A DNA stretch of 64,000 bases from Alphaproteobacteria bacterium. Its GTDB lineage: Bacteria; Pseudomonadota; Alphaproteobacteria; UBA828. The translations under genes were made by a program, and so were the position numbers. The stretch is from positions 288,001 through 352,000 of the forward strand of contig CBDCQT010000010.1 of assembly GCA_965220745.1 (NCBI GenBank). The letters are read 5' to 3'. Shown here piece after piece: positions 30,761 to 39,580 of this stretch (its first letter is position 1; every line of letters begins with the position of its first letter). Under the pieces are notes generated by a model. That model searched no databases. It was not told the origin of the DNA and saw only the letters and a program-made list of their open reading frames with translations.

Positions 30761-31294
30761 CTATGTCAGTACATTAGCACCGAAGGTGCGCATGAAGGTG
30801 TGCTTGAGGGCCGCAATGGCGTGAATGCCGACCAAAGCGATGCCGCCGTAGGCCAGGTAGTAGTGGAGATCGATGGCGAGGTCACGGGCACCGGTGGATA
30901 CGTCGAAGAACGCCGGCACCTCGAAGAGCCCGAACATGTCGATGCCCGCACCCTCGGAGGTCGAGATCAGATAGCCGGTGACCGGCAGCACGACCAGAAG
31001 CGCACCGAGCATCCAGTGCGTGGCGGTGGCGCCGGCGCGTTCGTAAGCGCGTACCTCGGGCCCGTAGCCGGGTTTGCGATCGACCAGCTTCCAGCCGAAC
31101 TTGGCCAGCGCGAGCGCCAGCACCACGATTCCGATGGCCCTATGGAGTGCGAGGGAGTCGTTGTACCAGGGATCGTAATAGGTGAGCCCCACCATCCAGG
31201 CGCCGAGCCCGACGAGGCCCGTGAAGACGATGGCGATGGACCAGTGAAAGCCGATGGCGACGAGCCCGTAGTGGTCTCGACCGCTTCGCCACAT
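30761..31294 (-). CDS. yceJ: Cytochrome b561 (YceJ-like); last 10 codons supplied by the island
   Basis: YG...FHW, LHR, LHY, IHA heme-ligand His pattern; downstream of yceI. Confidence 0.88.
   Translation of the reverse strand: MWRSGRDHYGLVAIGFHWSIAIVFTGLVGLGAWMVGLTYYDPWYNDSLALHRAIGIVVLALALAKFGWKLVDRKPGYGPEVRAYERAGATATHWMLGALLVVLPVTGYLISTSEGAGIDMFGLFEVPAFFDVSTGARDLAIDLHYYLAYGGIALVGIHAIAALKHTFMRTFGANVLT
30792..30802 (+). repeat. Right att core, ATGAAGGTGTG
   Basis: Identical to 5063-5073. Confidence 0.9.
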
Positions 31295-31329
31295 GACCGC
31301 TCCCTACGGAAGGCGGAACCCCGCAGGCG

Positions 31330-31905
31330 CTAGTTGCGGGTGCCCTCGATGAAGAGGAAGAGCTCCATGGATTCGGACGCGGGCCCCAGGTTGTAGCCCA
31401 TGCCGAATTCCTTGCGGGTGATTGTCACCGTGCCTTCGAAGCCGGCGCGATAGCCGCCCCAGGGGTCTTTGCCCTCCCCCACCTTCTTGACGGCGATGGC
31501 GATCGGCTTGGTGACGCCGTGGAGCATCAGGTCTCCCGTCATCACGCCGCTCTCGGCATCGCCCTCGTAGCCGGTGCTGACGAAGGTGGCGGTGGGGAAC
31601 TCATCGATGTTCAGAAAGTCCGCTGAGCGCAGGTGCTTGTCGCGCTCCGCGTGGTTGGTATCGACGCTGGCCGTGTCGATCTCGACCGTGATCGACTGAG
31701 CCTCCGGCCCTGCCTCTGAATCGAACGTGAAGCTGCCCGAAATCCTCTCGAAGGTGCCGATCATCCAGGACACGCCGACGTGTGAGATCTTGAACTGAAC
31801 GAAGCTGTGGCCCGAATCGATCGTGTAGTCGGCGGCCTTGGCGGCTGGTGCCGAGAAAGCCAGGATGGTTGCGGCCAGGGCAGTCCCGAGAGTGCGTTTG
31901 AGCAT
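31330..31905 (-). CDS. yceI: YceI-family periplasmic polyisoprenoid-binding protein
   Basis: Signal peptide, YTID.GHS, SVDTNHAERDKHLRSADF, DPWGGYRAGF. Confidence 0.95.
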   Translation of the reverse strand: MLKRTLGTALAATILAFSAPAAKAADYTIDSGHSFVQFKISHVGVSWMIGTFERISGSFTFDSEAGPEAQSITVEIDTASVDTNHAERDKHLRSADFLNIDEFPTATFVSTGYEGDAESGVMTGDLMLHGVTKPIAIAVKKVGEGKDPWGGYRAGFEGTVTITRKEFGMGYNLGPASESMELFLFIEGTRN

Positions 31906-32000
31906 GGTTCAAGCGTCCTTTCGACTGATTGTTGTCGTTGCCAGGGACTCCCTAAGTGAAATTAGCCCGTCTCCCTCCAGCATGACCAGGGAGGCGTCGT

Positions 32001-32267
32001 TCACGCCTTCTTGTCCCCGGTGCGCGGCAGGTCGATGACCCGGCCGCCGTCCTTACGCGGATCGAAATCGTATCCTTTGCGCACCTCGACGTTGCGCAGG
32101 ATGACTTCGAGTGCGGTCGTGTCGAAGGGATCGACGTCCATCGGCGCGGCGTACTTCGACTTGAGACTGTGCAGCATCTCGCGCTCGTTGGGCATGAGGC
32201 TCTCCTCGACCGCCTCCGCCGCTTCGATCAGACGCTGGAGCGCGACATGGGCGACCAGTTCGACCAT
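32001..32267 (-). CDS. Hypothetical protein
   Basis: 88-aa ORF with RBS-like GGGAAGGG, co-oriented with neighbours. Confidence 0.65.
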   Translation of the reverse strand: MVELVAHVALQRLIEAAEAVEESLMPNEREMLHSLKSKYAAPMDVDPFDTTALEVILRNVEVRKGYDFDPRKDGGRVIDLPRTGDKKA

Positions 32268-32305
32268 CGCTCAAGCCCTTCCCTACTGGCCCGCCTCGGC
32301 CCGCG

Positions 32306-32809
32306 CTACTTCTGCCAAGTGCAGTCCGCGATCATGGCGACCCAGTTGTCCGGCATATAGCCGACATCGTAGGTGCAGCTGCCGCTGATGCCGGCGTAGA
32401 CGCCGGTGCCGCCCAGAATCTCCATGGTGCCGGGTCCGCCGCCGCCCGTTTCGACGTTGCCCGCACGACGTTTCGAGTGGGTGTACCACGTGTCGCCCGA
32501 GGGCGCGGTCATCGTGCACGGCGCGTCGAGATCGATGCCCGCCTCAGTGCTCTTGGCAAAGACCACGCACGTGATCCGTTGATGCGTGCCCGCGACGAAC
32601 GGGCCGCCGCTGCTCTCAAGGACGGTGACCGACCCCTGAAGCGGGCCGCCGGTGTAGCGCGCATCGCCGTGCTCGATGGTGGTGTAGTCCTGCACGTAGG
32701 TTCGGATGATGCGGAGGCTGCCGCTCTCCTCGGCCGCCGCGATGTGCGCCGCACCCAGTATCGCTGCCCCGGCGACAAGCGCAGCGGTCATCTTCGTCGC
32801 TGAAACCAT
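32306..32809 (-). CDS. Hypothetical secreted beta-rich protein
   Basis: Signal peptide; GGTG.YAGISGSC motif; 4 Cys. Confidence 0.7.
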   Translation of the reverse strand: MVSATKMTAALVAGAAILGAAHIAAAEESGSLRIIRTYVQDYTTIEHGDARYTGGPLQGSVTVLESSGGPFVAGTHQRITCVVFAKSTEAGIDLDAPCTMTAPSGDTWYTHSKRRAGNVETGGGGPGTMEILGGTGVYAGISGSCTYDVGYMPDNWVAMIADCTWQK

Positions 32810-32951
32810 CCCACAGTCCTCGCTTATCGGATGATCGGTGACGGGATGGTACGGGGCCGGGCATCGCCGGCACAACCGCAGCAGCGACACTGCAGCAGCG
32901 GCTTGATCTGGATGGACGGTCGAAAATGCGTGCCGTGCGGGCGGCGTGCCC

Positions 32952-33569
32952 TCAGTCGTCGTCCGCGCCCTTGCTGCCGCGCCCGCTCAGAGCGTCGAGC
33001 TGGGCCTGCATCTTGTCGAGCCTGTCGAGAACGGCGCCGACATCGACCGACTCGTCGCCGTCTCCGTCGGGCTTCGGCTCCTCTCGACGCTCGCCCGCGG
33101 GATAGCCCGAGAACATCTCCATGGTGCGCTGCATCAGCGCCATGTTGCGCTCGGCCATGGCCTCGAACTCGTCGACCGGGAACATGCCGCCGAAGCTGTC
33201 GTTCATCCGCTTGCGCATGTCTCCCTGATTGCGCGCGAAGGTCTCCATGGCGACTTCGAGATAACGGGGGACGAACGCCTGGACGTTGTCGCCGTAAAGC
33301 TGGATCAGCTGCCGCAGGAAGCTGAGCGGCAGCATGTTCTGTCCCTTGGCCTCCTGCTCGACGATGATCTGGGTCAGCACCTGGCGGGTGATATCGTCGC
33401 CGGACTTCGCATCACGGACGACGAAGTCCTGGCCGTTCCGCACCATGTCGCAAAGGTCGTCGAGGGTCACGTAGCTGCTGGTGGCGGTGTTGTAGAGCCG
33501 GCGGTTCGCGTACTTCTTGATTGTAATGGTCGCTTGAGCCGCCTCGTCGCCCCCATCGGTCGCGGCCAT
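32952..33569 (-). CDS. phaR: Polyhydroxyalkanoate synthesis repressor PhaR
   Basis: IKKYANRRLYNT.TSSYVTL, DAKSGDDITRQVLTQII, LRQLI..YG. Confidence 0.95.
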   Translation of the reverse strand: MAATDGGDEAAQATITIKKYANRRLYNTATSSYVTLDDLCDMVRNGQDFVVRDAKSGDDITRQVLTQIIVEQEAKGQNMLPLSFLRQLIQLYGDNVQAFVPRYLEVAMETFARNQGDMRKRMNDSFGGMFPVDEFEAMAERNMALMQRTMEMFSGYPAGERREEPKPDGDGDESVDVGAVLDRLDKMQAQLDALSGRGSKGADDD

Positions 33570-33589
33570 CTCCCCGGCCCCCGCTCGGG

Positions 33590-35329
33590 CTATTCAGCCG
33601 CCTCCGGCAGCGGCGCGTCCTCCCCGTAGCGCGCGACCCAGGCTGGCTCGTAGCCGTAGTCCCGCGTCGCAGCCTCGGCGCTAACGTAACCCTCCAGCAC
33701 GTCCTCCACGACGGCGCGGGGGTCGCGCTCGCGCGGCTCGCCATAGCCGCCACCGCCCGGCGCCTTGACCGAGACCCGCTCGCCGGGGCGGATCGGCACG
33801 TTCGAGTACTTGGTGGTCGAGACCTTGCCGAACGCCTCGCCCACCGTGGTCCAGCGGTTGCCACCCTCTTTCTGATAAAGCGTGGCGCCCGCGATGCCCT
33901 CGCCGCCGCCGTTCAGACCCCAGGCGACCTTCTTATGCTTGTTGGTCATCTGGCTGATCATCACGTCGCCGGTGCACAGCATGGTCTTGGAGATGCTCAG
34001 GCCGCCGCGATGGGCGCCGGCCCCGCCCGAATCCGGGCGCAGCGCATATTCCTCCACGATCCACGGGAAGCGGGTCTCGAACACCTCGGTCGGCGTGTTG
34101 GCGCAGTTGCCGTTGATCGAATCCGTGGCGTCGTTGCCATCGGCGAAGCTGCGCCCGCCATAGCCGACATAGGAGAAGTCGAAGGCGCCGATGGGCTCAT
34201 CGTTGCGCTCATCGTAGCCGCCGAAGACGAAGCATCCGTGCGTGGTGCCTTCCGAGGCCATCACGCGATCGGGCGCCGCCGGCGCCATCGCGCCCAAAAT
34301 GATGGCGACGATGAGCGGATGGGTCTCGGTATTGCCGCCCACCTCGGAGCCCGGATAGTCAACGTTCATCACGGAGCCGGCGGGCGCGATCACCCGGATC
34401 GGACGGAAGCAGCCCGAGTTCTTCGGGATAGTCTGATCGGTGAGATGCAGCATGGCGTTGTAGGAGGCCGACCAGGCGACGCCGAGGGTGGCGTTGATCG
34501 GACCCAGCGCCTGCGGCGAAGAGCCGGTGTAGTCGATCACCACCTCGTCGCCCTGGACATGGACCGCGCAGCGGATCGTGTACTCCTTGTCCTCGATGCC
34601 GTCGTCCTCGAGCCCGTCTTCGAAGCGGTAGCAGCCGTCGGGGAAGGCCCGGATCTCGGCCCGCATTCGGGCCTCCGAATAGTCCATCAGGTCGATGACG
34701 GTGCGCTGGAAGGTCTCGCGTCCGTACTTGCCGATCAGCTCCTTCATCCGGGTTTCGCCAAGATCGACGGCGGAAATCATCGCCCTGATGTCGCCGTAGT
34801 TCTGGCGCGGGGTGCGGACGTTGGCGAGCATCAGCTTCCAGACCTCGACCACGTCCTCGCCCCGCTTCTTGATCTTGACCGGGGGCACGCGCAGGCCCTC
34901 GTGGAAGATTTCGGTGGCCTCGCCGGGAAAGCCGCCGGGAACCATGCCGCCGACTTCGACGAAATGGCCGATGGCGACAGCGAAGCCCATCAGCTCGCCG
35001 TCAACGAAGATCGGCTTGAACATGGTGTGCTCGGGCGTGTGCAGGCCGCCGCGGTAGGGGTCATTGTGGACGATGACGTCGCCCTCGTCGATCTCGGAGA
35101 GCGTGATCTCCTTCACCATCGAGCGAACCAGCAGCGGCACACCGCCGATCTGGGCAGGGCAGAACTCGGCCACGGCGATCATCTCTCCTTCGGTGTTGGC
35201 CAGCGCGCAGGTGAAGTCCTCGGCCTCGGAGAAGATCGTGGAGTAGGCCGTCTTCTGCACGTTGACGCCCATCTCGCGGCAGATCGCGACCATGGCGGAT
35301 TCGATGATGTTCATCGTGACCATGTCCAT
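33590..35329 (-). CDS. Hydantoinase B/oxoprolinase family subunit (copy 2)
   Basis: NDPYRGGLH, GHFVEVGG..PG, EG..VPP, PGGGGYG. Confidence 0.93.
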   Translation of the reverse strand: MDMVTMNIIESAMVAICREMGVNVQKTAYSTIFSEAEDFTCALANTEGEMIAVAEFCPAQIGGVPLLVRSMVKEITLSEIDEGDVIVHNDPYRGGLHTPEHTMFKPIFVDGELMGFAVAIGHFVEVGGMVPGGFPGEATEIFHEGLRVPPVKIKKRGEDVVEVWKLMLANVRTPRQNYGDIRAMISAVDLGETRMKELIGKYGRETFQRTVIDLMDYSEARMRAEIRAFPDGCYRFEDGLEDDGIEDKEYTIRCAVHVQGDEVVIDYTGSSPQALGPINATLGVAWSASYNAMLHLTDQTIPKNSGCFRPIRVIAPAGSVMNVDYPGSEVGGNTETHPLIVAIILGAMAPAAPDRVMASEGTTHGCFVFGGYDERNDEPIGAFDFSYVGYGGRSFADGNDATDSINGNCANTPTEVFETRFPWIVEEYALRPDSGGAGAHRGGLSISKTMLCTGDVMISQMTNKHKKVAWGLNGGGEGIAGATLYQKEGGNRWTTVGEAFGKVSTTKYSNVPIRPGERVSVKAPGGGGYGEPRERDPRAVVEDVLEGYVSAEAATRDYGYEPAWVARYGEDAPLPEAAE

Positions 35330-35359
35330 GACGGGTTCCTTTCTCTGTCCCCGTTCGGG

Positions 35360-37099
35360 TTATTCAGCCGCCTCCGGCAGCGGCGCATCCTTACCATAGC
35401 GCGCGATCCAGGAGGGATCGTAGCCGTAGTCCCGCGCCGCAGCCTCGGCGCTGACATAGCCCTCCAGCACGTCCTCCACCACAGCGCGGGGGTCGCGCTG
35501 GCGCGGCTCGCCGTAGCCGCCACCACCCGGCACCTTGACCGAGACACGCTCGCCGGGGCGGATCGGCACGTTCGAGTACTTGGTGGTCGAGACCTTGCCG
35601 AACGCCTCGCCCACCGTGGTCCAGCGATTGGCGCCTTCCCCTTGATACAGCGTAGCACCGGGCAAGCCATCAGCGCCGCCGTTCAGCCCCCAGGCGGTCT
35701 TCTTGTGCTTATTGGTCATCTGGCTGATCATCAGCTCGCCGGTGCACAGCATGGTCTTGGACGTGCCCAAGCCGCCGCGATGAGCGCCGGCCCCGCCCGA
35801 ATCCGGACACAGCCCGTACTCTTCGACGATCCACGGGAAGCGCGTCTCGAACACCTCGACCGGCGTGTTGGCGCAATTGCCGTTGATGGAATCGGTGGCG
35901 TCGTTGCCATCGGCGAAGCTGCGACCGCCGTAGCCGACGTAGGAAATGTCCAGGGCACCGAAGGGCTCGTCGTTGCGCGCATCGTAGCCGCCGAAGACCA
36001 GGCAGCCGTGGGTGGTGCCCTCCGAGGCCATCACGCGGTCCGGCGCCGCCGGCGCCATCGCCCCCAGGATGGTGGCGACGATGACCGGGTGGGTCTCGGT
36101 ATTGCCGCCGACCTCGGAGCCCGGATAGTCCACATTCATCACGGAGCCGGCCGGCGCGATGACCCGGATTGGGCGGAAGCAGCCGGAATTCTTCGGAATC
36201 GTCTGGTCGGTCAGGTGCAGCATCGCGTTGTAGGAGGCCGACCAGGCGACGCCCAAGGTGGCGTTGATCGGACCCAGCGCCTGCGGCGAGGAACCGGTGT
36301 AATCGATTACCACCTCGTCGCCCTGGACGTGGACCGCGCAGCGGATGGTGTACTCCTTGTCCTCGATACCGTCGTCTTCCAGCGCGTCCTCGAAGCGGTA
36401 GCAGCCGTCGGGGAAAGCCCGGATCTCCGCCCGCATCCGGGCCTCTGAATAGTCCATCAGGTCGGTGACGGTACGGCGGAAGGTCTCGCGGCCGTACCTG
36501 TCGATCAGCTCCTTCATCCGGGCTTCGCCGAGATCGACGGCTGAAATCATCGCCCGGATGTCGCCGTAGTTCTGACGCGGCGTGCGGACGTTCGCGAGCA
36601 TCAGCTTCCAGACCTCGACCACGTCCTCGCCGCGCTTCTTGATCTTGACCGGCGGCACACGCAGACCTTCGTGGAAGATTTCGGTAGCCTCGCCGGGGAA
36701 GCCGCCCGGCACCATGCCGCCGACCTCGACAAAGTGGCCGATGGCGACGGCAAAGCCCATCAACTCGCCACCGACGAAGTACGGCTTGAACATGGTGTGC
36801 TCAGGCGTGTGCAGGCCGCCCCGGTAGGGGTCGTTGTGGACGATTACGTCGCCCTCGTCGATCTCGCTGAGCGAGATTTCCTTCACCATCGAGCGGACGA
36901 GCAGCGGCACGCCGCCGATCTGCGCCGGGCAGAAATCGGCGACCGCGATCAGCTCGCCCTCGGTGTTGGCCAGCGCGCAGGTGAAGTCCTCGGCTTCGGA
37001 GAAAACCGTGGAATAGGCCGTCTTCTGGACGTTGACGCCCATTTCGCGGCAGATCGCGATCATGGCGGATTCGATGATGTTCATCGCAACCATGTCCAT
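35360..37099 (-). CDS. Hydantoinase B/oxoprolinase family subunit (copy 1)
   Basis: Same motifs and identical length (579 aa) to the adjacent copy. Confidence 0.93.
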   Translation of the reverse strand: MDMVAMNIIESAMIAICREMGVNVQKTAYSTVFSEAEDFTCALANTEGELIAVADFCPAQIGGVPLLVRSMVKEISLSEIDEGDVIVHNDPYRGGLHTPEHTMFKPYFVGGELMGFAVAIGHFVEVGGMVPGGFPGEATEIFHEGLRVPPVKIKKRGEDVVEVWKLMLANVRTPRQNYGDIRAMISAVDLGEARMKELIDRYGRETFRRTVTDLMDYSEARMRAEIRAFPDGCYRFEDALEDDGIEDKEYTIRCAVHVQGDEVVIDYTGSSPQALGPINATLGVAWSASYNAMLHLTDQTIPKNSGCFRPIRVIAPAGSVMNVDYPGSEVGGNTETHPVIVATILGAMAPAAPDRVMASEGTTHGCLVFGGYDARNDEPFGALDISYVGYGGRSFADGNDATDSINGNCANTPVEVFETRFPWIVEEYGLCPDSGGAGAHRGGLGTSKTMLCTGELMISQMTNKHKKTAWGLNGGADGLPGATLYQGEGANRWTTVGEAFGKVSTTKYSNVPIRPGERVSVKVPGGGGYGEPRQRDPRAVVEDVLEGYVSAEAAARDYGYDPSWIARYGKDAPLPEAAE

Positions 37100-37141
37100 G
37101 ACCGGTTCCTTTCCTCGCCCGCGTGCGGGCTCCGATAGGGG

Positions 37142-39181
37142 TCAAGCGCGGCGCGCGATCTCGCCGATCAGAATATTGCCGTAACGGTCGATGCGCACCG
37201 GCTGGCCAGGGCGGATGACCGTCACCGAGGCGGGCTCCTCGATCAGCGCCGGACCCTCGAAGCGGTGGCCCTCGCGGAGTTGGGCGCGGTCGTGGACCGG
37301 CGTCTCCGCCCAGCCTTCCTCGAACAGAACGCGGCGCGTGGCCGCCGGCTCCGGCTCGCCTTCGGCCTCGCCGATCTCGGCGAGCTGCAGCTTGTCGGTC
37401 ACCGACACTGCCGTGACCTTGACCGAGGTCATCTCGATCTTCTCGCCGGGAATGTCGAAATTGAAGCGGTCGTGGTGCGCCCGATGGAACGCCTCCCACA
37501 GCCCCGGCATCGTGCCGTCGTCGAAGCGGTCGAAGGCGATGGGCACGTCGAGCTCGTGATTCTGCCCGAGATAGCGCATCTCCAGCGAGCGGTGGATCTC
37601 GATGTTCTCGGTGTAGCCCTGCTCCTCGAGCGCGGCGATGCTCTCGCGGATCAGGTCCGAGAGCACGCGGTTGGCATGATCTGCGTCGAAGGCTGCCGAG
37701 GTCATCTGTGCCGTCCGCTCCAGGTCGACCCTGGCGTCGGTCATCAGGAAGCCGAAGGCCGAGAACTGGCCCGGATGGTTGGGCACGATGCCGCTCGGGA
37801 TGTTGGCGTGGACCATGAGGTCGGCGACGTGGACCGGGCCTGCGCCGCCGAAGGCCAGCAGTGTGAAGTCGCGCGGGTCGAGGCCGCGCTCCGTCAGCAC
37901 CGAGCGCAGCGCCCCAATCATGTTGTTGTTGGCGATCTGCACCATGGCGAGCGCGGTTGCTTCGACCGGCCTGTCGATCGCCGACGCGACCTCCGAGATG
38001 GCCTTCGACGCTGCTCCTGAGTCGAGCGCCATGGCGCCGCCGAGGAAGTTCGCGGGATTGATGCGCCCGAGCACGAGGTTGGCGTCGGTCGCGGTCGCCT
38101 GGGTGCCGCCGAGGCCGTAGCAGGCGGGCCCCGGATTGGCGCCCGCGCTCTCAGGCCCCATACGCAGCATGCCGCCCTTGTCGATCCAGGCCAGCGAGCC
38201 GCCGCCCGCACCCATGGTGCGAATATCGATCATGGGAATCTGGATCGGCAGGCCGAACTCGATCTCGAAGCTCGTGGTGAAGCTCTCGGTACCGCCGACC
38301 ACGGTGGAGACATCGGTCGACGTGCCGCCCATGTCGAGGGTGACCAGGTGATCGACGCCGACGCTGCGGGCGATCTGCTTGGCGCCGACCACGCCGCCGG
38401 TCGGGCCGGAAAGGGTCATCTGGATGGGGTGACGGGCGGCCCCCTCCAGGGTCATCTCGCCGCCGTTGGATCTGATGACCGCGATCTGGCGGGTGATGCC
38501 CTTCTCATCGAGACGCGCCCGCATGGCGCCGAGATGGTGGCCCACGACGGGCTTGATGTAGGCGTCAGTGATGGTGGTGGACGAGCGCTCGAACTCCTTC
38601 CACTTGGGCAGCACCTCGTAGGAGATGCTGACCGGGATGTCGGGGCACTCTTCGGCGACGATTTGCCTCGCCGTGCGCTCATGGTCGGGCGTGACGAAGG
38701 AGAAGAGGAAGTTGATGGCGACCGCCTCGACACGACCGAGCGCCTTGATCTCGCGGGCGATGGCGCGAACGCGCTCAGTATCGAGCGGGTGGTAGACCTC
38801 GCCCCGCGCCAGAATGCGCTCGTCCACCTCGTAACAATGGCGCCGCTTCACCAGCGGCTTCGCCTTGACCCAGGTGATGTCGTAGTGGCTCTTGCGCTTG
38901 CCCCGCTGGATGAAGGGCACGTCGCGAAACCCGGTGGTCGTCAGGTAGGCGACCGTCGCGCCCTTGCGCTCCAGGATCGCGTTGGTGGCGATGGTGGTGC
39001 CGAAGCGGATGTTGCCGATGCCGCCCACGTCGCCGGAGCGGTCCAGCCCGTCGACGATGCCGTCGATGGGGTCGGCCGGAGTGGACAGCGTTTTCCAGAC
39101 GTCGACGGCCTGAGTCTCGGGGTCGTAGCGAACGAAGTCCGTGAAGGTTCCGCCCACGTCGATCCCGACCAGATCGCTCAT
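37142..39181 (-). CDS. Hydantoinase A/oxoprolinase family ATP-binding subunit
   Basis: IDVGGTFTD, GTTIATNA, SGPTGG, DMGGTSTD, GAGGGS. Confidence 0.93.
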   Translation of the reverse strand: MSDLVGIDVGGTFTDFVRYDPETQAVDVWKTLSTPADPIDGIVDGLDRSGDVGGIGNIRFGTTIATNAILERKGATVAYLTTTGFRDVPFIQRGKRKSHYDITWVKAKPLVKRRHCYEVDERILARGEVYHPLDTERVRAIAREIKALGRVEAVAINFLFSFVTPDHERTARQIVAEECPDIPVSISYEVLPKWKEFERSSTTITDAYIKPVVGHHLGAMRARLDEKGITRQIAVIRSNGGEMTLEGAARHPIQMTLSGPTGGVVGAKQIARSVGVDHLVTLDMGGTSTDVSTVVGGTESFTTSFEIEFGLPIQIPMIDIRTMGAGGGSLAWIDKGGMLRMGPESAGANPGPACYGLGGTQATATDANLVLGRINPANFLGGAMALDSGAASKAISEVASAIDRPVEATALAMVQIANNNMIGALRSVLTERGLDPRDFTLLAFGGAGPVHVADLMVHANIPSGIVPNHPGQFSAFGFLMTDARVDLERTAQMTSAAFDADHANRVLSDLIRESIAALEEQGYTENIEIHRSLEMRYLGQNHELDVPIAFDRFDDGTMPGLWEAFHRAHHDRFNFDIPGEKIEMTSVKVTAVSVTDKLQLAEIGEAEGEPEPAATRRVLFEEGWAETPVHDRAQLREGHRFEGPALIEEPASVTVIRPGQPVRIDRYGNILIGEIARRA

Positions 39182-39238
39182 GGTGCCCTATCCCGTCGGC
39201 CTGTGGGTTGATCGAATGCGTTGCGCGGTGCCGCGCGC

Positions 39239-39454
39239 TCAGCCGGTCTCGTGGATGCCCTGCTTGGGAAGCGGAATGCGCGGCTGCTCGACACCGTCGG
39301 CCCGCGCCGTGAACCACTGGACGCACCAATCGGAGCAGAAGAGCTGGTCCTTGCCCTTCACCGTAGCGGAGATGCCCTCGTCGTAGATGAGCACGCCGCA
39401 GTTGTCGCACTTCACGTAGCGCTCGATGTAATACCCGTTGTCGGAAAAGCGCAT
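39239..39454 (-). CDS. 71-aa Cys4 metal-binding protein (TRASH/YHS-like spacing)
   Basis: ATG after GGGAGGGAG; CDNCG...FCSDWC. Confidence 0.75.
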   Translation of the reverse strand: MRFSDNGYYIERYVKCDNCGVLIYDEGISATVKGKDQLFCSDWCVQWFTARADGVEQPRIPLPKQGIHETG

Positions 39455-39580
39455 GCCGTCTCCCTCCCCGTCCGGCTCCGGCGGCCGGCCCTCAGCAAGC
39501 GGGCGGAGTGTGGAGAGGAAGGCCGTGCGAGTCAACGTTGTGCAGTGCACCAGCCAGTTGCTGGCGACCCTCTCTCGGGC

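Larger units (their letters stand above)
5063..30802. mobile_element. Integrative mobilizable element / genomic island (~25.7 kb) with tandem tyrosine recombinases and MobF relaxase
   Basis: Exact direct repeats at both ends, split target gene, integrases next to the right end, relaxase near the left end, mosaic low-GC cargo. Confidence 0.92.

Noticed and set aside
33935-36448. 837-aa plus-strand ORF, and similar long antisense ORFs (7111-8943, 41705-43441, 51090-52607)
   Set aside because: Shadow frames opposite well-supported genes in high-GC DNA; no motifs
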